Source of the DNA: Chthoniobacterales bacterium
GTDB taxonomy: Bacteria; Verrucomicrobiota; Verrucomicrobiia; Chthoniobacterales; JAFAMB01
DNA: 40,176 nucleotides
Assembly: GCA_035710445.1 (NCBI GenBank)
Contig: DASTDH010000160.1
Location: 1 to 40,176 of the forward strand
Direction of reading: 5' to 3'
Positions 17,613-26,296 of the stretch are shown here, one piece after another. The first letter of the stretch is position 1, and every line of letters starts with the position of its first letter. The notes beneath the pieces are model-generated. The model worked only from the letters and a program-made list of their open reading frames with translations. It searched no databases and was not told where the DNA came from. Both the position numbers and the translations under genes were made by a program.

Positions 17613-18737
17613 GTGAGCACTTCGCTACCCAAAGAGAAGGAGGTGGACCGGAGTGATCAGGTTGATCAACCTGGCACTCCAACCGGATCGCTACTACCCG
17701 CCGCGTTCGGCAGAAATGCCGATTTTTGGCGTCGTACCGCTCTCGCTGGCCTGGCGGTCTCACTGTCATTCGTGGTCGCTGCTATTCCAATTATTGTCGC
17801 GGGAAAGAATCCGATACTTGCCTATTGGGCGCTGGCCAGGGGCGCATGCGGGTCTGTCGATTCTATCGCGTTTGCGTTAAACAAAAGCACTCCTTATATA
17901 CTTGCGGGCGTCGGCGTGGCCCTTTGTTTTCGGGCCCGAGTGATCAACATTGGAGCCGAGGGGCAAATTGCGCTCGGCGGTATCGCCGCATCCTGGACCG
18001 CATTGAACGGTGCGGCTCTACCTGGTCAGCTCTTAATTCCTCTAGCGCTTCTCGTGGGCGGGTGCGCCGGGGCAGGATGGGCGGCAATCGCCGCCGTTAT
18101 GCGGCTTGCGCGCGGTGTTCATGAAGTGCTCGGAACGCTATTATTGAATTTCGTCGGTTTGCTCATGGTCAGCGAGGTATTGCATGGCCCGATGGGCGAA
18201 GTAGGAGCTGGTTTTCCGCAATCTCCTTTGTTTCCGGAACAGGCTTGGCTCCCACCGCTCGTTCCGGGCACGGACTTGCACATCGGTATCATTCTTGCCG
18301 TCGTTGCTGTTTTCATTTGTCATTGGGTGTTTTGGCATACCCCCTTCGGCTTTCGTCTGCGATTGCTCGGAAGCACCGATGCCGCTGCGACCTATGCTGG
18401 TGTGTCAATCGTTCGTGGTCTGTTTTCCGTCATGCTGATCGCGGGCGGTTTGGCCGGAGCCGCCGGTGCGGTCGAAGTGCTGGGCGTTCACTACCGGTTG
18501 ATTCAGGGTTTCTCCGTCGGCTTCGGCTTTAACGCGGTGGCAATTGCGCTGCTTGCCTCCTTGAATCCGATCGCAGTCTTACCCGCAGGTCTGTTCTTCG
18601 GGTTTCTGGAAACCGGTGCGCTGGCGATGCAGCGGGAGATTGGAGTTCCCTCTTCGCTCGTGTTTGTGATTCAAGGATTGACCATGGTTTTCGTCCTTTG
18701 CGCGTTGGGTATCAGCCTGAGACGACAACGAATTTGA
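17613..18737 (+). CDS. ABC transporter permease (BMP/CUT2 type)
   Basis: Polytopic hydrophobic protein of about 10 helices, 7 nt after the ATPase gene. The typical INIGAEGQI motif of this permease family is present. Confidence 0.85.
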   Translation: MSTSLPKEKEVDRSDQVDQPGTPTGSLLPAAFGRNADFWRRTALAGLAVSLSFVVAAIPIIVAGKNPILAYWALARGACGSVDSIAFALNKSTPYILAGVGVALCFRARVINIGAEGQIALGGIAASWTALNGAALPGQLLIPLALLVGGCAGAGWAAIAAVMRLARGVHEVLGTLLLNFVGLLMVSEVLHGPMGEVGAGFPQSPLFPEQAWLPPLVPGTDLHIGIILAVVAVFICHWVFWHTPFGFRLRLLGSTDAAATYAGVSIVRGLFSVMLIAGGLAGAAGAVEVLGVHYRLIQGFSVGFGFNAVAIALLASLNPIAVLPAGLFFGFLETGALAMQREIGVPSSLVFVIQGLTMVFVLCALGISLRRQRI

Positions 18738-18741
18738 AAGT

Positions 18742-19665
18742 GTGAACTACCCTGTTATCATCGAACTTCTGACCGCCTCAGTCCGCATCGCGACACCGCT
18801 TCTATTCGTGGCGCTTGGCGGTGTGATCTCGGAGTCCGGCGGAACGTTTGCGGTCGGAGTGGAGGGGATGATGCTGGGAGGAGCTTTCGGCGGGGCGGTG
18901 ACGGTCTTAGTGACCAAAAACGTCTTGCTTGGTCTTATGGCCAGCTCGATTTCAGGAGTCGTGCTTGCTGCGATCGTTGCGGTGGCAACGGTCCGCTTCA
19001 GAACGGATCACATGGTTACCGGGCTGGCTGTCAATATTTTTGCTTTGGGCCTAACTAGCTTCCTGCTGAGGGGACTCTTCGGCGGGAAGACGCCGGTGAT
19101 GGTATTGCCTACACTCGGCGCGCTGCAAATTCCCGGGCTGTGCGATTTGCCTTTGGTTGGTCCTGTTCTGTTTGACGAACCGGCGATGACCTATCTCGCT
19201 TTTCTGTTGGTTATTCCAGTACATTTGTTTCTTCGGAGAACATGTGCTGGCTTGACGCTCCGCGCGGCAGGCGAGAATCCTGCCGCTGCCTTCTCGGTCG
19301 GGGCCAACCCGGAACAGATCCGGATGGTCGCAGTGATCGTATGTGGCGCATTTGCGGGACTGGGCGGTGCGGTGCTTTCTCTACAAGAGTTAGGAACGTT
19401 TACCGACGGAATGACAAACGGTCGTGGTTTCCTTGCTCTCGCGGCGATTATCGTTGGCCGCTGGATGCCGTTTCGAGTGATGGGTGGCTGCCTGTTAATT
19501 GGCGCTGCTTCGGCGCTGGCGCTGAACATCCAGGGCTGGGGATTGCCGGTAAGTTCTTACGTAATCCAAATGACCCCCTATTTAATCGCTTTGGCAGTTC
19601 TTTGCGGGATCGGGCGCAAGGCCCGCATGCCGGAGGCGATCGGTAAAGCGTTCATCCGCAACTGA
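18742..19665 (+). CDS. ABC transporter permease (BMP/CUT2 type), second subunit
   Basis: GTG start 4 nt after the previous stop. Polytopic, with the GVEGMMLGGAF motif paralogous to the preceding permease. Confidence 0.85.
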   Translation: MNYPVIIELLTASVRIATPLLFVALGGVISESGGTFAVGVEGMMLGGAFGGAVTVLVTKNVLLGLMASSISGVVLAAIVAVATVRFRTDHMVTGLAVNIFALGLTSFLLRGLFGGKTPVMVLPTLGALQIPGLCDLPLVGPVLFDEPAMTYLAFLLVIPVHLFLRRTCAGLTLRAAGENPAAAFSVGANPEQIRMVAVIVCGAFAGLGGAVLSLQELGTFTDGMTNGRGFLALAAIIVGRWMPFRVMGGCLLIGAASALALNIQGWGLPVSSYVIQMTPYLIALAVLCGIGRKARMPEAIGKAFIRN

Positions 19666-19695
19666 ACGAACGAAGAGGAAATCAACAGCATTACT

Positions 19696-20787
19696 ATGAA
19701 AATTGGCGTCTATAAAGTGGCGATGGCTTCGCCTAGTGATGTATCCGAGTTAACCCAGTTGATCGATTCCCATGAGATCGATCCGGCTGAAATTGTCGCT
19801 CTGATCGGTAAAACCGAGGGTAACGGTGGTGCGAACGATTTCACACGTGGGTTCGCGACATTGTCGTACCAACTGATGCTTGCGAGCCGGCTCGGGCTTC
19901 CGCCCAAGGAAGTCGGGGAGCGTATCGCCTTTGTTTGGTCCGGAGGAACGGAGGGGGTTCTCTCTCCGCATGCCACGGTGTTTACACGCTCAGCAAAATC
20001 TGGCGAGGCAAATGGCTCCAGGCTGGCTTTAGGTATTGAAGCGACCCGCAACATTTTGCCGGAGGAAGTTGGCACGATGATTCAGGTACGAGAAGTGGCT
20101 GATGCCGTTCGCCGCTGCCTCAAGCAAGCCGGGATCAATGATTCAAAAGACGTCCACTACGTGCAAGTTAAGGGTCCGCTTCTGACCCCGGCCAGCATCG
20201 CCGACGCCGATGCGCGACAAAAGAAACTAGTCACGCGGGATCCTAACGGTTCTAAGCCTTATGCCCGAGGTGCGACAGCGCTGGGGGTGGCGCTAGGTCT
20301 AGGTGAAGTAAAAGAAGAAGCTCTTTCCGATGAAGTCATTGCGCGCCAGCTCGATATTTTTTCGGCGGTTGCGTCGACCTCGGCCGGCGGCGAACTAAAG
20401 AATTGCGAGGTATTGCTTTTTGGTAACTCGCCAACGGCGACCAGCGCATATCGGATCGGCCACGCAGTGCTTCGGGATGCGATTGACGCCGACGGGATTC
20501 GCGCGGCGCTGTCGGATGCAGGTCTTTCCGGATCGATTTCGCCCGTTGAATCAAAAAGGATAGCAGCCGTGTTCGCCAAAGCGGATGCCAGTCCAAATGG
20601 CCTGGTTCGAGGGCGGCGGACTACGATGTTGTCTGACGCGGATATTAACTATGAGCGCCATGCGCGGGCGGCGTTAGGCGCCGTGATTGCCTCAATTACC
20701 AACGACCCGGCAATTTTTGTTTCGGGTGGAACCGAGCATCAATGTGCTCCGGGAGCGGCACCGATTGCGGCCATTGTTCACGTGTGA
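19696..20787 (+). CDS. Ring-opening amidohydrolase, AtzD/TrzD cyanuric acid hydrolase / barbiturase family, paralogue 1 (363 aa)
   Basis: IVALIGKTEGNGGANDFTRGFATL is present. The threefold pseudo-repeat Ser motifs are FVWSGGTEG, STSAGGELK and FVSGGTEHQ. The partner lysines lie in GKTEG, VQVKGP and FAKAD. The C-terminal HQCAPGAAP deviates from the usual HQGPxGGG. Confidence 0.85.
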   Translation: MKIGVYKVAMASPSDVSELTQLIDSHEIDPAEIVALIGKTEGNGGANDFTRGFATLSYQLMLASRLGLPPKEVGERIAFVWSGGTEGVLSPHATVFTRSAKSGEANGSRLALGIEATRNILPEEVGTMIQVREVADAVRRCLKQAGINDSKDVHYVQVKGPLLTPASIADADARQKKLVTRDPNGSKPYARGATALGVALGLGEVKEEALSDEVIARQLDIFSAVASTSAGGELKNCEVLLFGNSPTATSAYRIGHAVLRDAIDADGIRAALSDAGLSGSISPVESKRIAAVFAKADASPNGLVRGRRTTMLSDADINYERHARAALGAVIASITNDPAIFVSGGTEHQCAPGAAPIAAIVHV

Positions 20788-20808
20788 AACCGCGTGACGG
20801 GAGCGTGT

Positions 20809-22212
20809 ATGGCAAAAGAACTCTGGCAAAGATCCGGCGTCGAGCTTGGCGCTGCTTACGCCAGCGGTGAGTGCACGCCTGTTGACGTCCTGGAGGCCGT
20901 TCTCCAGCGGATCGAAAGGGTTAACCCGGTAATCAACGCCTTTGTCACGCTGGATTCCGCTGGAGCACGGCAGTCGGCCGAAGCGAGCGCAAAGCGTTGG
21001 CAAACAGGAACCGAATCCGGGCCTTTGGACGGTGCCCCGATTAGCGTCAAAGACAATATCACCGTGGGCGGTCTCCGATCTACATGGGGCAGCAAGTTAT
21101 ACTCCGATTTTGTTCCTAAGTCTGACGAGCTCCCGATCAGTCGGCTTCGGTCCAAGGGCGCCATCATCCTTGGCAAGACCAATTGCCCTGAGTTCACTCT
21201 CCAAGGGTATACCGATAATCTGCTCTTTGGGGTCACCCGGAATCCCTGGAATCCGGAATTGACGCCAGGCGGATCCAGCGGGGGAGCGGTCGCGGCGGTC
21301 GCGGCGGGGCTTGGGCCAATCGCCATCGCGACTGATGGTGGAGGTTCTATTCGGCGCCCCGCTTCGCACACAGGTCTGGTCGGCCTGAAACCGTCTCGAG
21401 GCCGGGTTCCACGCTGCGATGGTTTCCCTGCCATCCTGCTCGACTTCGAGTCCGTCGGCCCTGTCGCTCGAACAATCCAAGATATCATTCTCGTGATGCA
21501 AGCAATCAGCGGATATGATTCGCGCGATCCGTTGGCTTTGGCGTTCAAGGATACGCCGTTCGCAACCAGTTCCGTTCCTCGAAACCGGATTCGGTTTGTT
21601 CGGAAATTCGGCGAATCTCCGGTAGACCCAGAAATAGCAAAGAATGTTGAAGCTGCTGCGGCGGTATTCGCCGAGCTCGGGCATATCGTCGAAGAAGGAG
21701 ACGCACCTTTCGATCTCGAACCGCTGAATGAAGCATGGGCGGTGATCAGCCAAACCGGCTTGGCCTGGTTGCTACGGTCGTTTCCAAAATGGCATGGAAA
21801 AATTACGCCCGCACTCGAGGAAATGGCGAGAAACGGTGAAAAGCGGACGGGTTCAGCGTATGTTGCAGCTTTAGATGCCGTGTGGCGCTTACAGAAGAGC
21901 CTATCGATCTTCTTCAGCGACCATGACGTTATCCTGACACCGTCCGCCGCTGCCCTACCTTGGCCAGCTTCGGAACCGTTTCCAACCCAGATCGCCGGAG
22001 AGCGTGTGGGACCGCGCGGTCACGCGATTTTCACCGGTTTTGCCAACATGGCGGGGTGCCCCGGAATTAGCGTTCCCGCGGCGCCGTCTGCCGAAGGCTT
22101 GCCGATCGGCTTTCAGATGGTCGCGGCACCAGGGCAAGACGGGATGTTGTGTGCTTTGGCCGGCCAATATGAAAGTATTCAACCCTGGGTCGATCGTTTC
22201 CCGCGGCTGTGA
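20809..22212 (+). CDS. Amidase-signature (AS) family amidohydrolase
   Basis: Ser-cisSer-Lys triad context: PISVKDNI, TPGGSSGGAVAAVAAG, ATDGGGSIRRPAS. Start set at ATG 20809 (MAKELWQ). Confidence 0.85.
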   Translation: MAKELWQRSGVELGAAYASGECTPVDVLEAVLQRIERVNPVINAFVTLDSAGARQSAEASAKRWQTGTESGPLDGAPISVKDNITVGGLRSTWGSKLYSDFVPKSDELPISRLRSKGAIILGKTNCPEFTLQGYTDNLLFGVTRNPWNPELTPGGSSGGAVAAVAAGLGPIAIATDGGGSIRRPASHTGLVGLKPSRGRVPRCDGFPAILLDFESVGPVARTIQDIILVMQAISGYDSRDPLALAFKDTPFATSSVPRNRIRFVRKFGESPVDPEIAKNVEAAAAVFAELGHIVEEGDAPFDLEPLNEAWAVISQTGLAWLLRSFPKWHGKITPALEEMARNGEKRTGSAYVAALDAVWRLQKSLSIFFSDHDVILTPSAAALPWPASEPFPTQIAGERVGPRGHAIFTGFANMAGCPGISVPAAPSAEGLPIGFQMVAAPGQDGMLCALAGQYESIQPWVDRFPRL

Positions 22213-22270
22213 AAACGTTCTTCGCGCTACCGCAACTGGAAAAATTGATCCCCCAATAGTTGGCTTCCAA

Positions 22271-23377
22271 ATGCGTGCGGACGTTCACCGATTCAGCCTG
22301 AAAGATCCGAGTGATGTCTCAGGTCTTAATGAGGCCATCGAGAAAGGCGATATCGATCCGGAAAAGATTGTCGCCGTTATCGGCAAGACGCATGGAAACG
22401 GCCTGGTTAACGATTATACGCGCGGTTACCTGACGCTCTGCCTGTCGCAGCTAATAGGTGCTCGGATGGGTTCGCCGGCCGAGAGCGTGAGGAAGCGTGT
22501 TCCATTTGTTTTCTCCGGTGGCGTTGAAGGCGTGTTGTCCCCGCATTATGTCGTTTTCACGGTCGATCCGGACGCGGCGGCGAGCGGTGAGGAGAAGTCG
22601 CTCGCCATCGGTGTCGGGTTCACACCGGAGTTCTCCCCTTCGGACGTCGGTAGGCAACGCCAGATCGACGCGACGGCAGAGGCTGTGAGCGAAGCGATGA
22701 CCAGCGCAGGCATAGAGAGTCCTGCTGATGTCCATTTCGTTCAAGTCAAAGGTCCTGCTTTCACCACTGACGACCTAATCGCGGCAGGCAAAGCCAAACT
22801 GACCTGCGCGACCGAGAACCCGGGTAAGCTGATGGGCTTCGGGCGAGCTGCTTCGGCATTGGGCGTCGCAAAGGCCTTAGGCGAAATCACAGCCAACGAG
22901 GCACGGGAGGCCGCAGTGCTTCACAACTTCGACGCCTATTCCTCTGTCGCGAGCGTTTCTGCGGGAGTCGAGGTGCGCGCAAACGAAATCATTGTCGCGG
23001 GTCTCAGCCGGATGTGGTCTGGGCCGTTGACGATCGCTCATCGCGCTATCAAAGACGCGCTCGACATCGCCAGTGTAACCGACCTGGCCCGTGGTCTGGG
23101 CCTCTCGCCCGCACCGCAAGTTCCAGCCGCGCAGGCGCGCCGCATCCGGGCCGCCTTCGTCAAGTGCGAGGCACAACGCGATGGAACGATCCGCGGCCGC
23201 CCTCACACCATGCTCAACGACGGAGATATTGACCAGCAACGGCACATTCGGGGCGCGGTCGGTGCGATTGTGGCAGCCGTGCTTAATGATACGGCGCTTT
23301 TTGTGTCGGGTGGCGCAGAACACCAAGGTCCTGACGGTGGCGGATTGATTGCCCTCATCGTCGACAAAACGATTTGA
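22271..23377 (+). CDS. Ring-opening amidohydrolase, AtzD/barbiturase family, paralogue 2 (368 aa)
   Basis: IVAVIGKTHGNGLVNDYTRGYLTL is present. The Ser motifs are FVFSGGVEG, SVSAGVEVR and FVSGGAEHQGPDGGG. The partner lysines lie in GKTHG, VQVKGP and FVKCEA. Start set at ATG 22271 (MRADVHRF...); the ORF-track start at 22004 overlaps the amidase. Confidence 0.85.
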   Translation: MRADVHRFSLKDPSDVSGLNEAIEKGDIDPEKIVAVIGKTHGNGLVNDYTRGYLTLCLSQLIGARMGSPAESVRKRVPFVFSGGVEGVLSPHYVVFTVDPDAAASGEEKSLAIGVGFTPEFSPSDVGRQRQIDATAEAVSEAMTSAGIESPADVHFVQVKGPAFTTDDLIAAGKAKLTCATENPGKLMGFGRAASALGVAKALGEITANEAREAAVLHNFDAYSSVASVSAGVEVRANEIIVAGLSRMWSGPLTIAHRAIKDALDIASVTDLARGLGLSPAPQVPAAQARRIRAAFVKCEAQRDGTIRGRPHTMLNDGDIDQQRHIRGAVGAIVAAVLNDTALFVSGGAEHQGPDGGGLIALIVDKTI

Positions 23378-23477
23378 TCCAACCACGGAGTTTAGGGCGG
23401 CACCAGGCGCCGTCCCACATTGAACAAAGCATTTGATGTATGATATTGCTGCCTTCGATGGCGGCAGGAGCAACACG

Positions 23478-24743
23478 ATGACCGATGCAAAAAAGGTCGA
23501 CCCGTCGCGACCCGACCCCGACAATAAAGCCGATCCGTCGCCAAACCGGATCCTCCCGCTCAGACACCTTCGGGTTCTCGATATCAGCCAAGTAATGGCA
23601 GGCCCATTTTGCGGCATGCTTCTGGGCGACATGGGGGCCGACGTTATTAAAATCGAGCCGCCGGGATCGGGAGACCAGACTCGCCGCGCGATGGGCTTTA
23701 AACTCAAAGGCTCCGATAGCCTCGGCTTCATTAACATGAACCGGAACAAGCGGAGCATGGTTCTCAATCTTAAAACCGAGGCTGGACGCGAGGTGTTTTA
23801 TCAATTGGTGGGAACGGCGGACGTGCTGCTCGAGAACTATCGTCCGGGCGTAACCGCGCGCCTCGGTATCGATTATGAAACGTTGAAGGCCATCAATCCG
23901 CGCCTCATTTACGCAAGCATTTCGGGCTTCGGTCAAACCGGTCCGTGGTCGCAGCGGCCAGGCTTTGACCTGATAGCCCAAGCGATGGGTGGGATCATGA
24001 GCATAACGGGTGATCCCGATGGTCCACCGGCAAAGTCCGGAGTTCCGGTGGCAGATATTGGCTGTGCTCTACTCGCGCTCTACGCCATCTTGAGCGCGTA
24101 TATCGGACGGCTCGAAACGGGTGAAGGCCAATATATCGACGCTTCCCTATTTGAGGCGGCAATCGCATTCGCAGTCTGGGACATATCTGAATTCTGGGGA
24201 ACCGGCAAAGTGCCGCAAAAACTGGGCACCGCCAACCGGATGAGCGCGCCCTATCAGGCAGTCAGGGCAAGTGACGGTTACTTCGTAATGGGCGCGAACA
24301 ACAACAAGCTTTGGCGCAGCCTCTGCGAGCTAATTAATCGGCCTGATCTTCTGGGGGACTCACGGTTCGCCAGCATCGCCGATCGCCTGGCCAACCGGAT
24401 CGCGCTGATCGAGGAGCTCGAAAAAACTTTAATCACGCGGCCGGCCGAACATTGGGTCGAGCAAATGCTCGCTGCCGGGATACCGGCTGGCCCGATCTAC
24501 GACTATGCTCAGGCGCTTGACAACGATCATGCGCGCCATCGCAATATCATCATGGAGATCGATCACCCGGTCGAGGGAAAGGTTCGCTCGATCGGATTTC
24601 CGGTAAAGCTGAGTGGTACGCCACAGCAGCTTCGGATGCCGCCGCCTCTTCTTGGCGCGCACACCGAGGAGATTTTGACCGAACTCGGTGTGGGACCCGA
24701 CGCAATGAAAAAACTTCGGACCAGCGGAGCTTTCGCGCCGTGA
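23478..24743 (+). CDS. Family III CoA-transferase (CaiB/BaiF/Frc type)
   Basis: LRVLDISQVMAGPFCGMLLGDMGADVIKIEPPGSGDQTR and GFDLIAQAMGGIMSITG (catalytic Asp context) are typical of the family. Start is ATG 23478, or 23436. Confidence 0.85.
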   Translation: MTDAKKVDPSRPDPDNKADPSPNRILPLRHLRVLDISQVMAGPFCGMLLGDMGADVIKIEPPGSGDQTRRAMGFKLKGSDSLGFINMNRNKRSMVLNLKTEAGREVFYQLVGTADVLLENYRPGVTARLGIDYETLKAINPRLIYASISGFGQTGPWSQRPGFDLIAQAMGGIMSITGDPDGPPAKSGVPVADIGCALLALYAILSAYIGRLETGEGQYIDASLFEAAIAFAVWDISEFWGTGKVPQKLGTANRMSAPYQAVRASDGYFVMGANNNKLWRSLCELINRPDLLGDSRFASIADRLANRIALIEELEKTLITRPAEHWVEQMLAAGIPAGPIYDYAQALDNDHARHRNIIMEIDHPVEGKVRSIGFPVKLSGTPQQLRMPPPLLGAHTEEILTELGVGPDAMKKLRTSGAFAP

Positions 24744-24955
24744 GTGTTGGCGAGATGCAGTTCGCGACGTGCGACGGTATCGCTTCGGCTGGATTCCAGC
24801 GACCGGGTAGATCGCGCACGACATGGTCAACGCCTGACTTTTTGAATGTGTTAGTTCAACAACTGATGATACGATCCTGAGCCATTGCGGACACTGACTG
24901 ACCAAACCAGTCTCGGTTCAGTCGGATCGCAGACACAGGGATCGAAGCGACCACC

Positions 24956-26296
24956 ATGTGCAAGAATGCATGCTTCAATCGATGGGCGGGAGCGGCGGGA
25001 ATCGCCGCTGTCATACTATTTCTTGGCTCGATTTCGTCCGGCTCGGCTGCCGATGAGAAAGGGATCGGCTTCAGCCTGGACAAGGCATCTTCCGGGACCG
25101 AGGTGCCGCAGGCAGAGGTAAGTCTCGGCATGCGTCCCTATGCCAACGATTTGATCTTCGTTGCCGGAATAAAGCAGGGGTTTTACAAGGATGTCGGTCT
25201 AACCGTTACACCCGCTCCGTATGGACGGAAGGTGCTGCCAGATCAGGCGATCCCGCTTCTGGTCAACAAGCAGATCGACTTCATGGCGCTCTATCCACCC
25301 GACATCATTGCGACCATGGATTCGGTCCAAAACGTTCGATTTATCGCGTTAACCGACCTTTTCCAAGGATTTGCTGTCCTCGCTCGCCCAGGCTCGAACG
25401 TGAAAACCGTCGAACAGTTCATGTCTGATGGGTTGACTTTTGAAGAAGCGATGAAGCGAACCATGGCTCAGCTCAAGGGTAAGAGCTTCGTTACCGCGCC
25501 GGTCGTCGACAACCGCATCTTTCTTGAGACGGTCTTTTCGCTTGGCGGAATGAACATGGACAAAGATACGAAGTTGGTTGTCACACCTGACTCGAATGCG
25601 CTCCAGCTCGAGACTGGCGGCAAGGTCGATTTTGCCTCGCCGACCGGCGCCCCGTTTACAGCACAGCTCCGTTTTGCGGGTTGGATCCCGCTGGTCACCC
25701 CGCTCGACGTACTAACCAATATGCCAGCCGGTCCGGGTTCACCAACGGCAGCTTTGGTCGGCACGCCAGGCGTCGCTTGTGACGCGCAATGGGCGCGGGA
25801 GCACGCCGAAACCGTACTCCGCTTCACATCGGTGATGTTTCGCATCATCGAACAGGAGCAAAAAGACCCCGACCTGATGCTCAAATCGATGCTCGATTAC
25901 GTGAATTCTTTTGCCGGCACGAGTCTCGATATTGCCGGGCTCAAACTGACGATCGACAGCTTAAGCCCTTTGTCGAACTTTGAGTTTCAAAAGAACTACT
26001 TCGACAATCAGAATTCGGCGTTGTACTACCGGACAGCTTTCGACGCGGCGGTAAAATTTAACGTCGACAAGGGCGTTCTACCCAACGGCAAATACGATGC
26101 CGACGACGTGATCTGGGCCTCCGGTGTGTATCACGACATGGTTGCGTTGAAGCAGGCGGCGGACGACCTGCTCAAGCGAGCCGGAGGTTCGAATCTTTCA
26201 AGCCAAAACCAAGCTCTGCTCGAGAAAGCAAAGCAGTTCTACGGTTGGTACGACTATCTGGACGCTTATCGGCTGCTGCGCGTGGCGGTGCAATGA
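24956..26296 (+). CDS. ABC transporter substrate-binding protein, NMT1/THI5-like (NitT/TauT family) with a C-terminal extension of about 100 aa
   Basis: Sec signal (AAVILFLGSISSGSAADE). Body has GFYKDVGLTVT...VNKQIDFMALYPP...FAVLARPGSNVKTVEQF, typical of NitT/TauT binding proteins. TauC/TauB-like partners follow. At 446 aa it is about 100 aa longer than usual. Confidence 0.6.
   Translation: MCKNACFNRWAGAAGIAAVILFLGSISSGSAADEKGIGFSLDKASSGTEVPQAEVSLGMRPYANDLIFVAGIKQGFYKDVGLTVTPAPYGRKVLPDQAIPLLVNKQIDFMALYPPDIIATMDSVQNVRFIALTDLFQGFAVLARPGSNVKTVEQFMSDGLTFEEAMKRTMAQLKGKSFVTAPVVDNRIFLETVFSLGGMNMDKDTKLVVTPDSNALQLETGGKVDFASPTGAPFTAQLRFAGWIPLVTPLDVLTNMPAGPGSPTAALVGTPGVACDAQWAREHAETVLRFTSVMFRIIEQEQKDPDLMLKSMLDYVNSFAGTSLDIAGLKLTIDSLSPLSNFEFQKNYFDNQNSALYYRTAFDAAVKFNVDKGVLPNGKYDADDVIWASGVYHDMVALKQAADDLLKRAGGSNLSSQNQALLEKAKQFYGWYDYLDAYRLLRVAVQ

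Noticed and set aside
20856-23981. Long antisense ORFs across the amidase, amidohydrolase and CoA-transferase genes (20856-21548, 21097-21753, 22877-23767, 23355-23981)
   Set aside because: These are shadow ORFs opposite strongly supported genes. They are Arg/Ser/Pro-rich, have no motifs and mutually overlap.
15030-24743. Reading the block as the canonical atzD-E-F-G-H cyanuric acid mineralisation pathway
   Set aside because: There is no small AtzG-like ORF next to the amidase. There is also no AtzH (NTF2-like), allophanate hydrolase or biuret hydrolase gene. The CoA-transferase and the second paralogue do not belong to that pathway.
24842-24859. Small palindrome TTGAA-N8-TTCAA upstream of the second ABC operon
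   Set aside because: Five-bp arms are well within chance expectation and there is no second copy.
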